This document shows positions 25,742 to 34,413 of a DNA stretch of 64,000 bases, one piece after another. The DNA lies in NCBI GenBank assembly GCA_963730185.1, contig CAVSQW010000007.1:544001-608000 (forward strand), in the 5' to 3' direction. Source of the DNA: an uncultured Gemmatimonadales bacterium (lineage in GTDB: Bacteria; Gemmatimonadota; Gemmatimonadetes; Gemmatimonadales; GWC2-71-9). Under the pieces are notes generated by a model that did no database searches, was not told the DNA's origin, and saw only the letters and a program-made list of their open reading frames with translations. The position numbers were made by a program, and so were the translations under genes. The first letter of the stretch is position 1. Each line of letters begins with the position of its first letter.

Positions 25742-26596
25742 GTGATGCTGTCCAAGCATGGCTTGCGGTGGGAGGTCGTGTTGCTGGTATTGACCGCGGC
25801 GTGTGCCGGGAAGCCGGCGCCCGACGCGGCGAAGAGCGAGGCCGCACCGGCGGCGGCGACGCCGCCGGTGGTGACGATCGTGGCGCACGACTACGCGTAT
25901 CAGGCGCCCGACACGTTCCCGGCTGGGGTGGTGCGGCTTCGGCTCGACGAGCAGGGGAAGGAGCTGCACCACCTGACCGTCGCCCGGCTCGACAGCGGGA
26001 AGACGGTGGCGGACATCCCGGCTGCGCTGGCGAGCGGGAGGTTGCCGGGCTGGATGGTGATGCTCGGCGGGCCGAACGCGGTGGTGCCGGGCGGGTCGTC
26101 GGAGGCCGACGTCATGCTCACGCCGGGGAACTACATCCTGATCTGCCTGATCCCGTCGGTGGACGGGCTGCCCCACGCGGCGAAGGGGATGATCAAGCCC
26201 TTCACGGTGGCGGGGCCGGTGGCGGTCGCGTCACTGCCCGAGGCCGACATCACGGTCCGGCTGACCGACTACGACTTCATGCTTTCCCGGCCGCTTTCAG
26301 CGGGCCATCACGTCATTCGGGTGGAGACGGACGCGAGCCAGCCGCACGAGCTTCTGTTGGCCCGGGTCAACCAGGGGAAGACGGCGCTGGAGCTGGCTCA
26401 GTGGGCCGAGAAGCCGGTGGGCCCACCGCCCGGATTGCCGGTCGGAGGCGTCACCGCGATCGGGCCTGGTGGAAGCGATGTCTTCGAGGTGAACCTGGAG
26501 CCGGGGGACTATGCCCTGATCTGCTTCATGCCGGACGCGAAGGACGGCAAGCCGCACTACGTTCACGGCATGATCAAGCAGGTGAAGGTGAGTTAG
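25742..26596 (+). CDS. Lipoprotein with two cupredoxin-like domains
   Basis: Lipobox LTAAC; two H...C.....H...GM units. Confidence 0.7.
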   Translation: MMLSKHGLRWEVVLLVLTAACAGKPAPDAAKSEAAPAAATPPVVTIVAHDYAYQAPDTFPAGVVRLRLDEQGKELHHLTVARLDSGKTVADIPAALASGRLPGWMVMLGGPNAVVPGGSSEADVMLTPGNYILICLIPSVDGLPHAAKGMIKPFTVAGPVAVASLPEADITVRLTDYDFMLSRPLSAGHHVIRVETDASQPHELLLARVNQGKTALELAQWAEKPVGPPPGLPVGGVTAIGPGGSDVFEVNLEPGDYALICFMPDAKDGKPHYVHGMIKQVKVS

Positions 26597-28052
26597 TCGG
26601 GGCGGGCACCCGAAGCTCGAACTCCGTTCCGGTGGAGTCGGAGCGCACCAGGTCGAGGCTGCCCTGGTGCACTCCGGCCACCCACCGGGCGACCGCCAAC
26701 CCCAGCCCGGCGCCGCTCCCGTTGTCCGAGTCTCCGGCGGCCCGGGCGCTGGCCCCTCGGTAGAAGCGATCGAAGATCCGGGCCTGTTCCTCGGGCGGGA
26801 TGCCCGGCCCGTCGTCCCGGACGAGGACCCGGTAGTGGCCGTCGTCCCGTTTGGCGTCCACCCACACGTGCCCTCCCCGTCGGCCGTACTTCACCGCGTT
26901 GTCGAGGAGGTTCTGCAGGGCCCGGCGGATCAACGACTCGTCGCCCTCGAGCGGGAGCGGGTCGGGGGCGTCGCAGACGACGGCGATCTCCCGCGCCGCG
27001 GCGATGGTCTCCTCGCTACGGGCCGCGTCGCGGGCGACGGCGGCAAGTTCGATCGGCGCGATGGTCAGGGGGTAGGCGTTGGCGTCGGCCCGGCCGAGGA
27101 GGAAGAGGTCGTCGACGATCCGGGTCATCCGCCGGCTTTCGTCGCGGATCACGTCGAGTGCCTCGCGATACTGATCTTCGGGCCGGGAGGCGCGGGAGAG
27201 GGCGAGATCGGCTTCGCCCCGGACCACGGCGACCGGGGTGCGGAGCTCGTGGGCGGCTTCGGTCATGAACCGGCGCTGCTGGTCGAAGGCCGCCTCGATC
27301 CGGCCGAGGAGCCGGTTCACGACGGTGGCCAGGTGGCCGAGCTCGTCGCCGGGGTTGGCGACCGAGAGCCGCTCGTGGAGGGTCGACGCTTCGATCGCGT
27401 CGGCCTGATCGGCCATCGCGCCGACGGGATCGAGCGCCCGGCCCGCGAGGAAGACCCCGCCCCCGAACGCCACCAGCAAGCCGATCGGCGCCATCAGGAG
27501 GAAGGCTCGGCCCAGGTCGTCGATGAGCTGCCGGCGGCTGGCCAGGTCCTGAATCACGGCCACGACTTCGCGGCGGCCCGGAAGGGTGACGTCGACGGCG
27601 TAGGCCCGTTCCAGGCCGCTGGCGCCGTCGAGCGTGGCAAAGGCCTCGCCGCCGGCGCCGGCCTCGCGGAAGAGCGGCGCGAGGTCGGGACGGGGCAGCA
27701 GGCCCTGGGTGGTAGGCGGGGAGGCCCGGGCCCGGCGGGGACGGCGCACCCGGGTCGTGCGGGAGTTGGACGCCACCTCGCGCTGGGCCTCGTCGAAGAT
27801 CACCAGCTCGAACTCGTCGGCGCGGAACTCCTGGACCACCTCGGCCGCGCTGACCTTCCGGTTCGGGGCCGAGCTCTGGGCGGAATGCCAGGCGGCGACG
27901 AAGGCCTGGGCCACCTCCCGGAGGGAGTCGTCGATCCGACGGCTGATGGCCCGGTCGATGTAGACCCAGGTGAACCCGCCGAAGCCGGCCAGGCACACCC
28001 CAAGCACGACGGTGTACCAGAGAGCCAGCCGGAACCGGATGGCGCGGAACAT
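26574..28052 (-). CDS. Sensor histidine kinase (HAMP-HisKA-HATPase)
   Basis: Two TM helices, AAHELRTP, NLLDNAVKY, DDGPGIP, FDRFYRG, GAGLGL. Confidence 0.93.
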   Translation of the reverse strand: MFRAIRFRLALWYTVVLGVCLAGFGGFTWVYIDRAISRRIDDSLREVAQAFVAAWHSAQSSAPNRKVSAAEVVQEFRADEFELVIFDEAQREVASNSRTTRVRRPRRARASPPTTQGLLPRPDLAPLFREAGAGGEAFATLDGASGLERAYAVDVTLPGRREVVAVIQDLASRRQLIDDLGRAFLLMAPIGLLVAFGGGVFLAGRALDPVGAMADQADAIEASTLHERLSVANPGDELGHLATVVNRLLGRIEAAFDQQRRFMTEAAHELRTPVAVVRGEADLALSRASRPEDQYREALDVIRDESRRMTRIVDDLFLLGRADANAYPLTIAPIELAAVARDAARSEETIAAAREIAVVCDAPDPLPLEGDESLIRRALQNLLDNAVKYGRRGGHVWVDAKRDDGHYRVLVRDDGPGIPPEEQARIFDRFYRGASARAAGDSDNGSGAGLGLAVARWVAGVHQGSLDLVRSDSTGTEFELRVPAPTNSPSPA

Positions 28053-28732
28053 CAGGCGTCGGACGGCGAGCCCAGCATGTAGCCGGCGCCGCGCCGGGTG
28101 TGGATCAGGGGGGCGCGGTCGTCGGTGTCGATCTTCCGGCGGAGCCGGTTGATGTACACCTCGATCGTGTTCGACGCCGGGTCGTGGTTGTCGTCCCACA
28201 CGTGGGCCGTGATCTCGGCCCGTCCCACGACCTGCCCCGGGTGCCGAGCCAGGAACTCGAGCAGGGCGTACTCCTTGGCGGTGAGCTCGATCGGCTGGTC
28301 GGCACGGGCGGCCTGCTGGCTGCCAGTATCGATGACCAGGTCGTCGATCACGATCTGATCGGGTTGGACCACGGGTGAGCGGCGGAGCAGGGCGCGAAGC
28401 CGGGCCAGGAGCTCGGAGAAATCGAACGGCTTGGTGAGGTAGTCGTCGGCGCCGGCGTCGAGCCCGGCGACCCGATCGGGCACGGCGTCCCGCGCGGTCA
28501 GGATCAGGATCGGAACCTGGGACCTCTTTTGCCGGAGCGTCCGGCACACCTCGAGCCCGCTCTTTCTGGGGAGGCCGAGGTCGAGCACGACGGCGTCGTA
28601 CTGGTTGATCGCCGCGAACTGCAGTGCGGCTTCCCCATCGCCCACCTCGTCGACGGCGTAGGCGTTTTCCCGAAGGCCCTTGGCCAGGAGATGGGCCAGC
28701 TTGGCGTCGTCTTCGACCACGAGAACTCGCAT
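28052..28732 (-). CDS. OmpR-family response regulator
   Basis: VVEDD, LDLGLP, LTA, GADDYLTKPF, IHTRRGAGY. Confidence 0.95.
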   Translation of the reverse strand: MRVLVVEDDAKLAHLLAKGLRENAYAVDEVGDGEAALQFAAINQYDAVVLDLGLPRKSGLEVCRTLRQKRSQVPILILTARDAVPDRVAGLDAGADDYLTKPFDFSELLARLRALLRRSPVVQPDQIVIDDLVIDTGSQQAARADQPIELTAKEYALLEFLARHPGQVVGRAEITAHVWDDNHDPASNTIEVYINRLRRKIDTDDRAPLIHTRRGAGYMLGSPSDA

Positions 28733-28809
28733 GTCCAATAGATAGCCCGTCGCGGCCGGGTGGGCCAAGGACCCCTCGGGCGGGGTCGGGGGGTGCGAAG
28801 TCGGCATTG

Positions 28810-28833
28810 GCTGTAATGCTGGGTTAAGGTGCC
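28810..28833 (+). promoter_or_regulatory. Candidate OmpR-family direct-repeat box
   Basis: TGTAAT-N5-GTTAAG-GTGCC; a related motif lies at 31613-31637. Confidence 0.4.
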
Positions 28834-28936
28834 GAGAGCTAGGTTGCCTGCGGATTCCGGACGGAGCTTTGGGCGACGGTTCGGGCCGGATTCCCACCTT
28901 CATGCATTCCGACCCTGTCGCCCTGTGGAGACACCC

Positions 28937-29224
28937 ATGCGTTCGTCGATGTTGTCCGTGGCCACGTTGCTGGCTTTGGGAGTGGCGGTACCGGTCGTGG
29001 CGCAGCAGGCCAAGCCGGTCGCCAAGACCCATCGGGCGATGACGGTGGCCGCGAAGACCCCTCACCGCCAAGCGCCGGCCGACACCACCAAGCGCAAGGC
29101 CAAGCATCACCGGTCCAAGGCCATGAAGCCGGCGACCACTCCCGCGGCCACCCCGGCCCCCGGCAAGAGAATGACCCACAAGCGGGCCAAGCCCGATTCG
29201 ACGAAAAAGCCCTCCCAGCGGTAG
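28937..29224 (+). CDS. Small secreted Lys/His/Ala/Thr/Pro-rich basic protein (Asr-like composition)
   Basis: GGAG RBS, signal peptide, low-complexity basic mature region. Confidence 0.7.
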   Translation: MRSSMLSVATLLALGVAVPVVAQQAKPVAKTHRAMTVAAKTPHRQAPADTTKRKAKHHRSKAMKPATTPAATPAPGKRMTHKRAKPDSTKKPSQR

Positions 29225-29238
29225 CCATCCTTCGCCGC

Positions 29239-29859
29239 TCAAGAGTCCCGGCGGTCCGGTGTCACCGGGCCGCCGGGCTCGTCGTTTCTCGGCGGGGGTG
29301 GGGCGTTTGCCGGGGCCGGGCCGGTGACCCGCCGGGAGCGGACCCGATGGAGCCGCACCCGCTTCGGGCCGGTCGGGATGACCGAGATGGTTCCGTCCAT
29401 CTCCAGCACGGCCGTCTCCACGCCAGCCACGCCGGCGATGCCGTGCTCCCGGATGGCGGTGCGGAGCTCGGCCTCGCTGATTCCCTCCCGGGCCAGGCGG
29501 TCGGCGTAGATCTCCCCCTGATGGACCAGCAGAGCCGGCTCGGGCTCGAACCGGCGCCGGAGCGGGTTCACCCGGACGATGACCCGGTTCGAGACGAGCA
29601 GCACCCCGGCGCCGAGCAAGCCGCCGACCAGGCTGTTGTCGGGCCCGATCATCGCGTTCTGGACGGTATTGGAGAGGAGGAGCAGGGTGAGGAGGTCGAA
29701 CGGGGTGAGCTGGGATAGCACCCGGCGCCCGGTGACCTGGATGGCGAACAGCAGGACGCCATAGACCAGGATGACCCGGATCGCGGTCCCGGCCACGGTG
29801 GTCGGATCGCCGAGGGCCGAGGTCAGGAGCTGGTGCACCGCAGGCGCGAGCGCGGACAT
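29239..29859 (-). CDS. DUF421 (YetF-like) membrane protein
   Basis: GRR.LSQLTPFDL, LRxHG, AVLE.DG.ISVI. Confidence 0.85.
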   Translation of the reverse strand: MSALAPAVHQLLTSALGDPTTVAGTAIRVILVYGVLLFAIQVTGRRVLSQLTPFDLLTLLLLSNTVQNAMIGPDNSLVGGLLGAGVLLVSNRVIVRVNPLRRRFEPEPALLVHQGEIYADRLAREGISEAELRTAIREHGIAGVAGVETAVLEMDGTISVIPTGPKRVRLHRVRSRRVTGPAPANAPPPPRNDEPGGPVTPDRRDS

Positions 29860-29967
29860 GCCGCCTCCGTTGAAGGGGTCGACCGGATGGCTGCGACCGA
29901 CCCGAACGGTAAACGCCCACCCGGCCAAGCCGGGTGGGCGTCATGCCGCGGGTGCGCGGGCCGGGGC

Positions 29968-31527
29968 TCACTCGTGATCGCCGGCGCTCAACTGGACCCG
30001 CTCCACCCGGCCGGCCTTGGCGCGGCCGTTGTAGATCCGGAGGCTGACGATGTCGCCGGCCTTGTGGTCGGCCAGCGCCCGACGGAGGTCCTTCACGGTG
30101 TGGACCGATTGGCCTTCGACGCTCTCGATCACGTCGGGTCCGCCGGCGTCTGGCGGGGCCAGGTGTCCGGCCACGGCGCTCTCGGGGTCGACATCGGTGA
30201 CCACCAGACCCTGGACCGTCGACGGCAGGCCGAGCTGATCGGCGAGGTCGGCGGTGAGGGGGGTCACCTGGATACCGAGCGAGGCGACGCCGTTGGCGGA
30301 GTTGTCGGAGTCGTTCGCCCCGTTGGCGTGGCTCGAGGTCCGGGTGTCGCTCTTGACGGCCTCGAGTTTGACCTCGATCGTCTTCCGAGCGCCGCCCTTC
30401 CGGGCGACCTCGACGTTGACGTCGTCACCGGGGTGGCGGAAGGCAACCCGCTCCTGGAGCTGGGCCACGTAGTCGACCGGCTGGCCGTCGATGGCGATGA
30501 TCACGTCGCCGGGCTCGAGCCCCGCTTTCTTGGCGGGCGAGCCGTCGTCGAAGTCCTCGACCAGGACCCCGTGGATGCTGTCGAGCCCGACGTACTGGGC
30601 GTCTTCCTCGCTGGCGTCGCGGGCCAGGACGCCCAGGGCGGCGCGGCTCACGTGGCCGGACTTGACGATCTGCTCCATGACCTTCCGAGCCAGGTCGATC
30701 GGGACCGCGAAGCCGTACCCGGAGTAGCTACCGGTGGGGCTCGCGATGGCGCTGTTGATGCCGATCACCTCGCCCCGGGTGTTGACGAGGGGGCCGCCCG
30801 AGTTGCCCGGGTTGATCGCGGCGTCGGTCTGGATGAAGTCCTGGATGCTCCGGGACGACTGGTTGGGGAGCTGGAGGGCGCGTCCCTTGGCGCTCACGAT
30901 TCCCGAGGTGACGGTGAAGGTGAGGTTCTCGCCGAACGGGTTGCCGACCGCCAGGACCCACTCGCCGACCCGGGTGTCGTCGCTCGATCCGAGCGGGGCG
31001 GGCGTGAGGTGATCGGCGTCGATCTTGAGGACGGCGACGTCGGTGGTGGGGTCGGTCCCGACCACCTTGGCGTCGTATTCCCGCCGGTCCAGGAGCCGAA
31101 CCCGGACCTGTTTGGCGCCGTCGACCACGTGGTTGTTGGTGAGGATGTAGCCATCGCCCGAGACGATGAAGCCGGAGCCGGAACTGGCCATCATCGGGGC
31201 CTTGTCCTGGCCCTTCGACCGAGGCCGGTCGGGCAGGTCGAAGAACTGGCGGAACTCGGGCGGAATGTCCATCCCGACCTGCTGGACTTCGCCGGGCCGT
31301 TTGGCGGTGACGTAGACGACGCTGGGCTTGATGTGCTCTGCGACGTCCGAGAACGCGTTGCTCAGGGCGTCGAGGGTGTTGATGGCGGCGGTCGACGCGA
31401 CCGGATGGGCGGGCGCCGCGTGGATCGCATTAGGCGGCGAGCCCAGGCGGAAGAGACCGACGGCCGCGACGACCGCGAGGGTCGTCACGCCGGCGACTCG
31501 TCCCGTGGTGAGTAGGCGACGGTACAT
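29968..31527 (-). CDS. Do/DegP (HtrA) serine endoprotease with two PDZ domains
   Basis: GSGFI, TNNHV, DVAVLK, GNSGGPL; two PDZ-like domains. Confidence 0.95.
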   Translation of the reverse strand: MYRRLLTTGRVAGVTTLAVVAAVGLFRLGSPPNAIHAAPAHPVASTAAINTLDALSNAFSDVAEHIKPSVVYVTAKRPGEVQQVGMDIPPEFRQFFDLPDRPRSKGQDKAPMMASSGSGFIVSGDGYILTNNHVVDGAKQVRVRLLDRREYDAKVVGTDPTTDVAVLKIDADHLTPAPLGSSDDTRVGEWVLAVGNPFGENLTFTVTSGIVSAKGRALQLPNQSSRSIQDFIQTDAAINPGNSGGPLVNTRGEVIGINSAIASPTGSYSGYGFAVPIDLARKVMEQIVKSGHVSRAALGVLARDASEEDAQYVGLDSIHGVLVEDFDDGSPAKKAGLEPGDVIIAIDGQPVDYVAQLQERVAFRHPGDDVNVEVARKGGARKTIEVKLEAVKSDTRTSSHANGANDSDNSANGVASLGIQVTPLTADLADQLGLPSTVQGLVVTDVDPESAVAGHLAPPDAGGPDVIESVEGQSVHTVKDLRRALADHKAGDIVSLRIYNGRAKAGRVERVQLSAGDHE

Positions 31528-31612
31528 GGAATTCCTCCTTACGGGTTGGCGGCAGTTCGGACCACGTGGTGATCCGACCCTGTCCGCAGGGTCCGACAGG
31601 AGGATACCGGCT

Positions 31613-31637
31613 GGCACCTGAATGCCCGATTAACAGC
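31613..31637 (-). promoter_or_regulatory. Candidate OmpR-family direct-repeat box upstream of the HtrA gene
   Basis: Minus strand GTTAAT-N5-ATTCAG-GTGCC. Confidence 0.4.
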
Positions 31638-31763
31638 ATGATCCGCTTCGACTTAGGGTATTTCGGCAGGGCTGGGCGGGGGGCGGTATCTTGAGGAGAG
31701 TCGGGGCCGGTGCCGCCCCGCCACCATCTTCCTGACCGTCCGGGTGCCAGGAGCGCCGACGCC

Positions 31764-34403
31764 ATGACATCTCCCGAGCTCGACGCGCCGTCGCCGACCT
31801 CGGTCGACGCGGCCCCGACCCGGCTGCCGAGCCGCCTGACCCGGTGGGTTGGCCCGATCCTGGTGCTGCTGGTGCTGGTCGTGGCGGGCCTGGCCCTCCA
31901 CAACGAGCTCCGCCACTTCCGCTACCACGACATCGCCCGGGCGCTGGCGGCGCTCTCCCGCGAACGCTTGCTCCTGGCCGTTGGGCTCGCGCTCTCCGCC
32001 TACCTGGTGCTGCCGGGCTACGACGCCATTGCCCTGGCGGCGATCGGCAAGCCCGCGCCGTTCGCGCGGGTGGCCTTCAGCTCGTTCATCGCCTACGCGA
32101 TCAGTCAGACGCTTGGCTTCCCCTTGGTGACCGGGAGCTCGGTGCGCTACCGTTTCTGGACCGCGTGGGGACTCACCACGCCGGAGATCGGCTCGGCCAT
32201 CGGGTACGTGGTGGCGACCTTCACGGTGGGCCTGGTCGCGATGAGCGGCCTCTCGATGGTGGTGGAGCCGGGGGGGACGGCGGCGCTGCTCAGGCTACCG
32301 ATCCCCTCGCTCCGTCCGGTCGGGGCCTTCTTCCTGTTGGTGGTCGCGGCGTACCTCGGGTGGGCCGCCGTCCGGCGGGGGCCGATCCGGGTCCGGGGAT
32401 GGACGCTGCCCGTCCCGAGCCTGGGCCTGGCCCTGGCGCAGCTGGGTGTCGCAGCGCTCGACTGGAGTCTCGCGGCCTCGGTGATGTTCGTGCTGCTGCC
32501 GCACCCGCCGGGGCTCTCGTTCGCCCTGGTGCTGGGGGCGTTTCTCACGGCCCAGTTCGCGGGGATTGCCAGCCACGTGCCGGGCGGTCTGGGCGTGTTC
32601 GAGGGGCTCATGGTGGTGTTGCTGCAGCCCTACCTCGACGTGTCGCTCATCTTCGGGGCCCTGCTCGCGTTCCGGGCGGTCTACTACCTCCTGCCGTTCT
32701 CGTTGGGCTTGTTGCTGCTGGCCGGGTTCGAGGTGGCGCAGCCCCGGCCGCGGCTCCGGGCCCTCGCGGAGCGGCTGGGCGCGGTGACCAGCGCGGTCGG
32801 AGCCCGGTGGATTCCCGCCGCGCTCCCCACGGTGCTGGGTGGGGCAACGTTCGTGTCGGGTGTCGTCCTCCTGGTGTCGGGAGCGACGCCGTCGGTGCCG
32901 GCGCGAATCCAGTGGCTGAGCGCGTTGGTCCCTCTCGGCGTGATCGAGCTCTCGCACTTTCTGGCCAGTTTGGCCGGGGGCGCGTTGGTGGTGCTGGGGT
33001 GGGCGCTGACCCGGCGACTCGACGCGGCCTATCGGCTGACGCAGACGCTGCTGGTCGTGGGCGCCGTGGCGTCGCTGCTCAAGGGATTCGATTGGGAGGA
33101 GGCGACGATTCTGGCATCGGTTGGACTTCTGCTCATGCCCGCCCGGTCGGTGTTCTATCGGCGGGCCGCGGTGACCAGCGAGCCGTTCTCGCCTGGCTGG
33201 ATCGTGGCGATCGTGGCGGCGGTGGGGTTCACCGCCTGGCTAGGCTTCTTCTCCTTCAAGCACGTCGACTACTCCTCCGACCTTTGGTGGCGCTTCACGC
33301 TCCACGGCGACGCGCCCCGCTACCTTCGGGCCATGGTGGGCCTGATGGGTGGGGTCACGATCTTCACCTTCGCGCGACTGCTTCGGCCGGCGCCGCCCGA
33401 GCCGGCGCCGCCCACCGCCGCCGAGCTGGACCGGGCGGTGGCGCTGGTGAGGGAGAGCCCCACCACGATGGGCAATCTGGCCCTGCTCGGTGACAAGACG
33501 CTCTGGTTCAGCGACAGCGGGCGGGGCATGCTGATGTTCGCCGTCTCGGGGCGGAGCTGGGTGACCATGGGCGACCCGCTGGGGCCGGTCGAGGATCGGC
33601 GGGAGCTGGCCTGGCGGTTTCGTGAGGAGGCCGATCGGCACGGGGCCTGGACCGTGTTCTACGAGGTGGGCGTCGACAATCTGCCGCTCTACATCGATCT
33701 GGGGATGACCCTGCTCAAGCTGGGCGAAGAGGCGGTGGTGCCGCTGGACGATTTCAGCCTCGAGGGCGGGGCCCGGCGCGGCCTCCGGCGGACCCGTCGG
33801 GAGCTGACGGCCCTGGGCGCGCGGTTCGAGGTGGTGCCCGCGGAGGGCGTGGAGGGCGTACTGCCGGAGCTGGAGCACATCTCGTCGGATTGGCTGGCGC
33901 GGAAAAAGGTGCGCGAGAAGGGGTTCTCGCTCGGGCGATTCGAGCCGGGGTATCTCCGGCGCGGGCCGATCGGGCTGGTGCGAGTCGGCGATCGGGTGGT
34001 CGCCTTCGCGAACCTGTGGCAGGCGCAGCCCGGCGGCGAGCTCTCGGTAGACCTGATGCGCTACCGGCACGACGCGCCGTCGGGGGTCATGGAGTACCTG
34101 TTCATCGAGCTGATGGTTTGGGGACAAGCCCGGGGGTTCCGGACCTTCAGTCTGGGGATGGTGCCGCTCTCCGGGCTCGAGAATCGGGCCTTGGCGCCGC
34201 TGTGGACCCGGGCGGGCGCCTTCCTGTTCCGGCACGGCGAGAACTTCTACAACTTCCAGGGCCTCCGGCAGTACAAGGACAAATTCGATCCGGTCTGGCG
34301 GCCGCGCTACCTCGCCTCGCCGGCGGGACTGGCGCTGCCTCGGATCCTGACCAACGTCGCGACGCTGATCTCTGGGGGGATCGGCGGCATCGTGACGGGC
34401 TGA
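31764..34403 (+). CDS. mprF: MprF aminoacyl-phosphatidylglycerol flippase/synthase
   Basis: Multi-TM N-terminus with VPGGLGVFE and R..YY..P; C-terminal EKGFSLG, DLMRY, FYNFQGLRQYKDKF.P.W. Confidence 0.93.
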   Translation: MTSPELDAPSPTSVDAAPTRLPSRLTRWVGPILVLLVLVVAGLALHNELRHFRYHDIARALAALSRERLLLAVGLALSAYLVLPGYDAIALAAIGKPAPFARVAFSSFIAYAISQTLGFPLVTGSSVRYRFWTAWGLTTPEIGSAIGYVVATFTVGLVAMSGLSMVVEPGGTAALLRLPIPSLRPVGAFFLLVVAAYLGWAAVRRGPIRVRGWTLPVPSLGLALAQLGVAALDWSLAASVMFVLLPHPPGLSFALVLGAFLTAQFAGIASHVPGGLGVFEGLMVVLLQPYLDVSLIFGALLAFRAVYYLLPFSLGLLLLAGFEVAQPRPRLRALAERLGAVTSAVGARWIPAALPTVLGGATFVSGVVLLVSGATPSVPARIQWLSALVPLGVIELSHFLASLAGGALVVLGWALTRRLDAAYRLTQTLLVVGAVASLLKGFDWEEATILASVGLLLMPARSVFYRRAAVTSEPFSPGWIVAIVAAVGFTAWLGFFSFKHVDYSSDLWWRFTLHGDAPRYLRAMVGLMGGVTIFTFARLLRPAPPEPAPPTAAELDRAVALVRESPTTMGNLALLGDKTLWFSDSGRGMLMFAVSGRSWVTMGDPLGPVEDRRELAWRFREEADRHGAWTVFYEVGVDNLPLYIDLGMTLLKLGEEAVVPLDDFSLEGGARRGLRRTRRELTALGARFEVVPAEGVEGVLPELEHISSDWLARKKVREKGFSLGRFEPGYLRRGPIGLVRVGDRVVAFANLWQAQPGGELSVDLMRYRHDAPSGVMEYLFIELMVWGQARGFRTFSLGMVPLSGLENRALAPLWTRAGAFLFRHGENFYNFQGLRQYKDKFDPVWRPRYLASPAGLALPRILTNVATLISGGIGGIVTG

Positions 34404-34413
34404 TGCCGCGACC

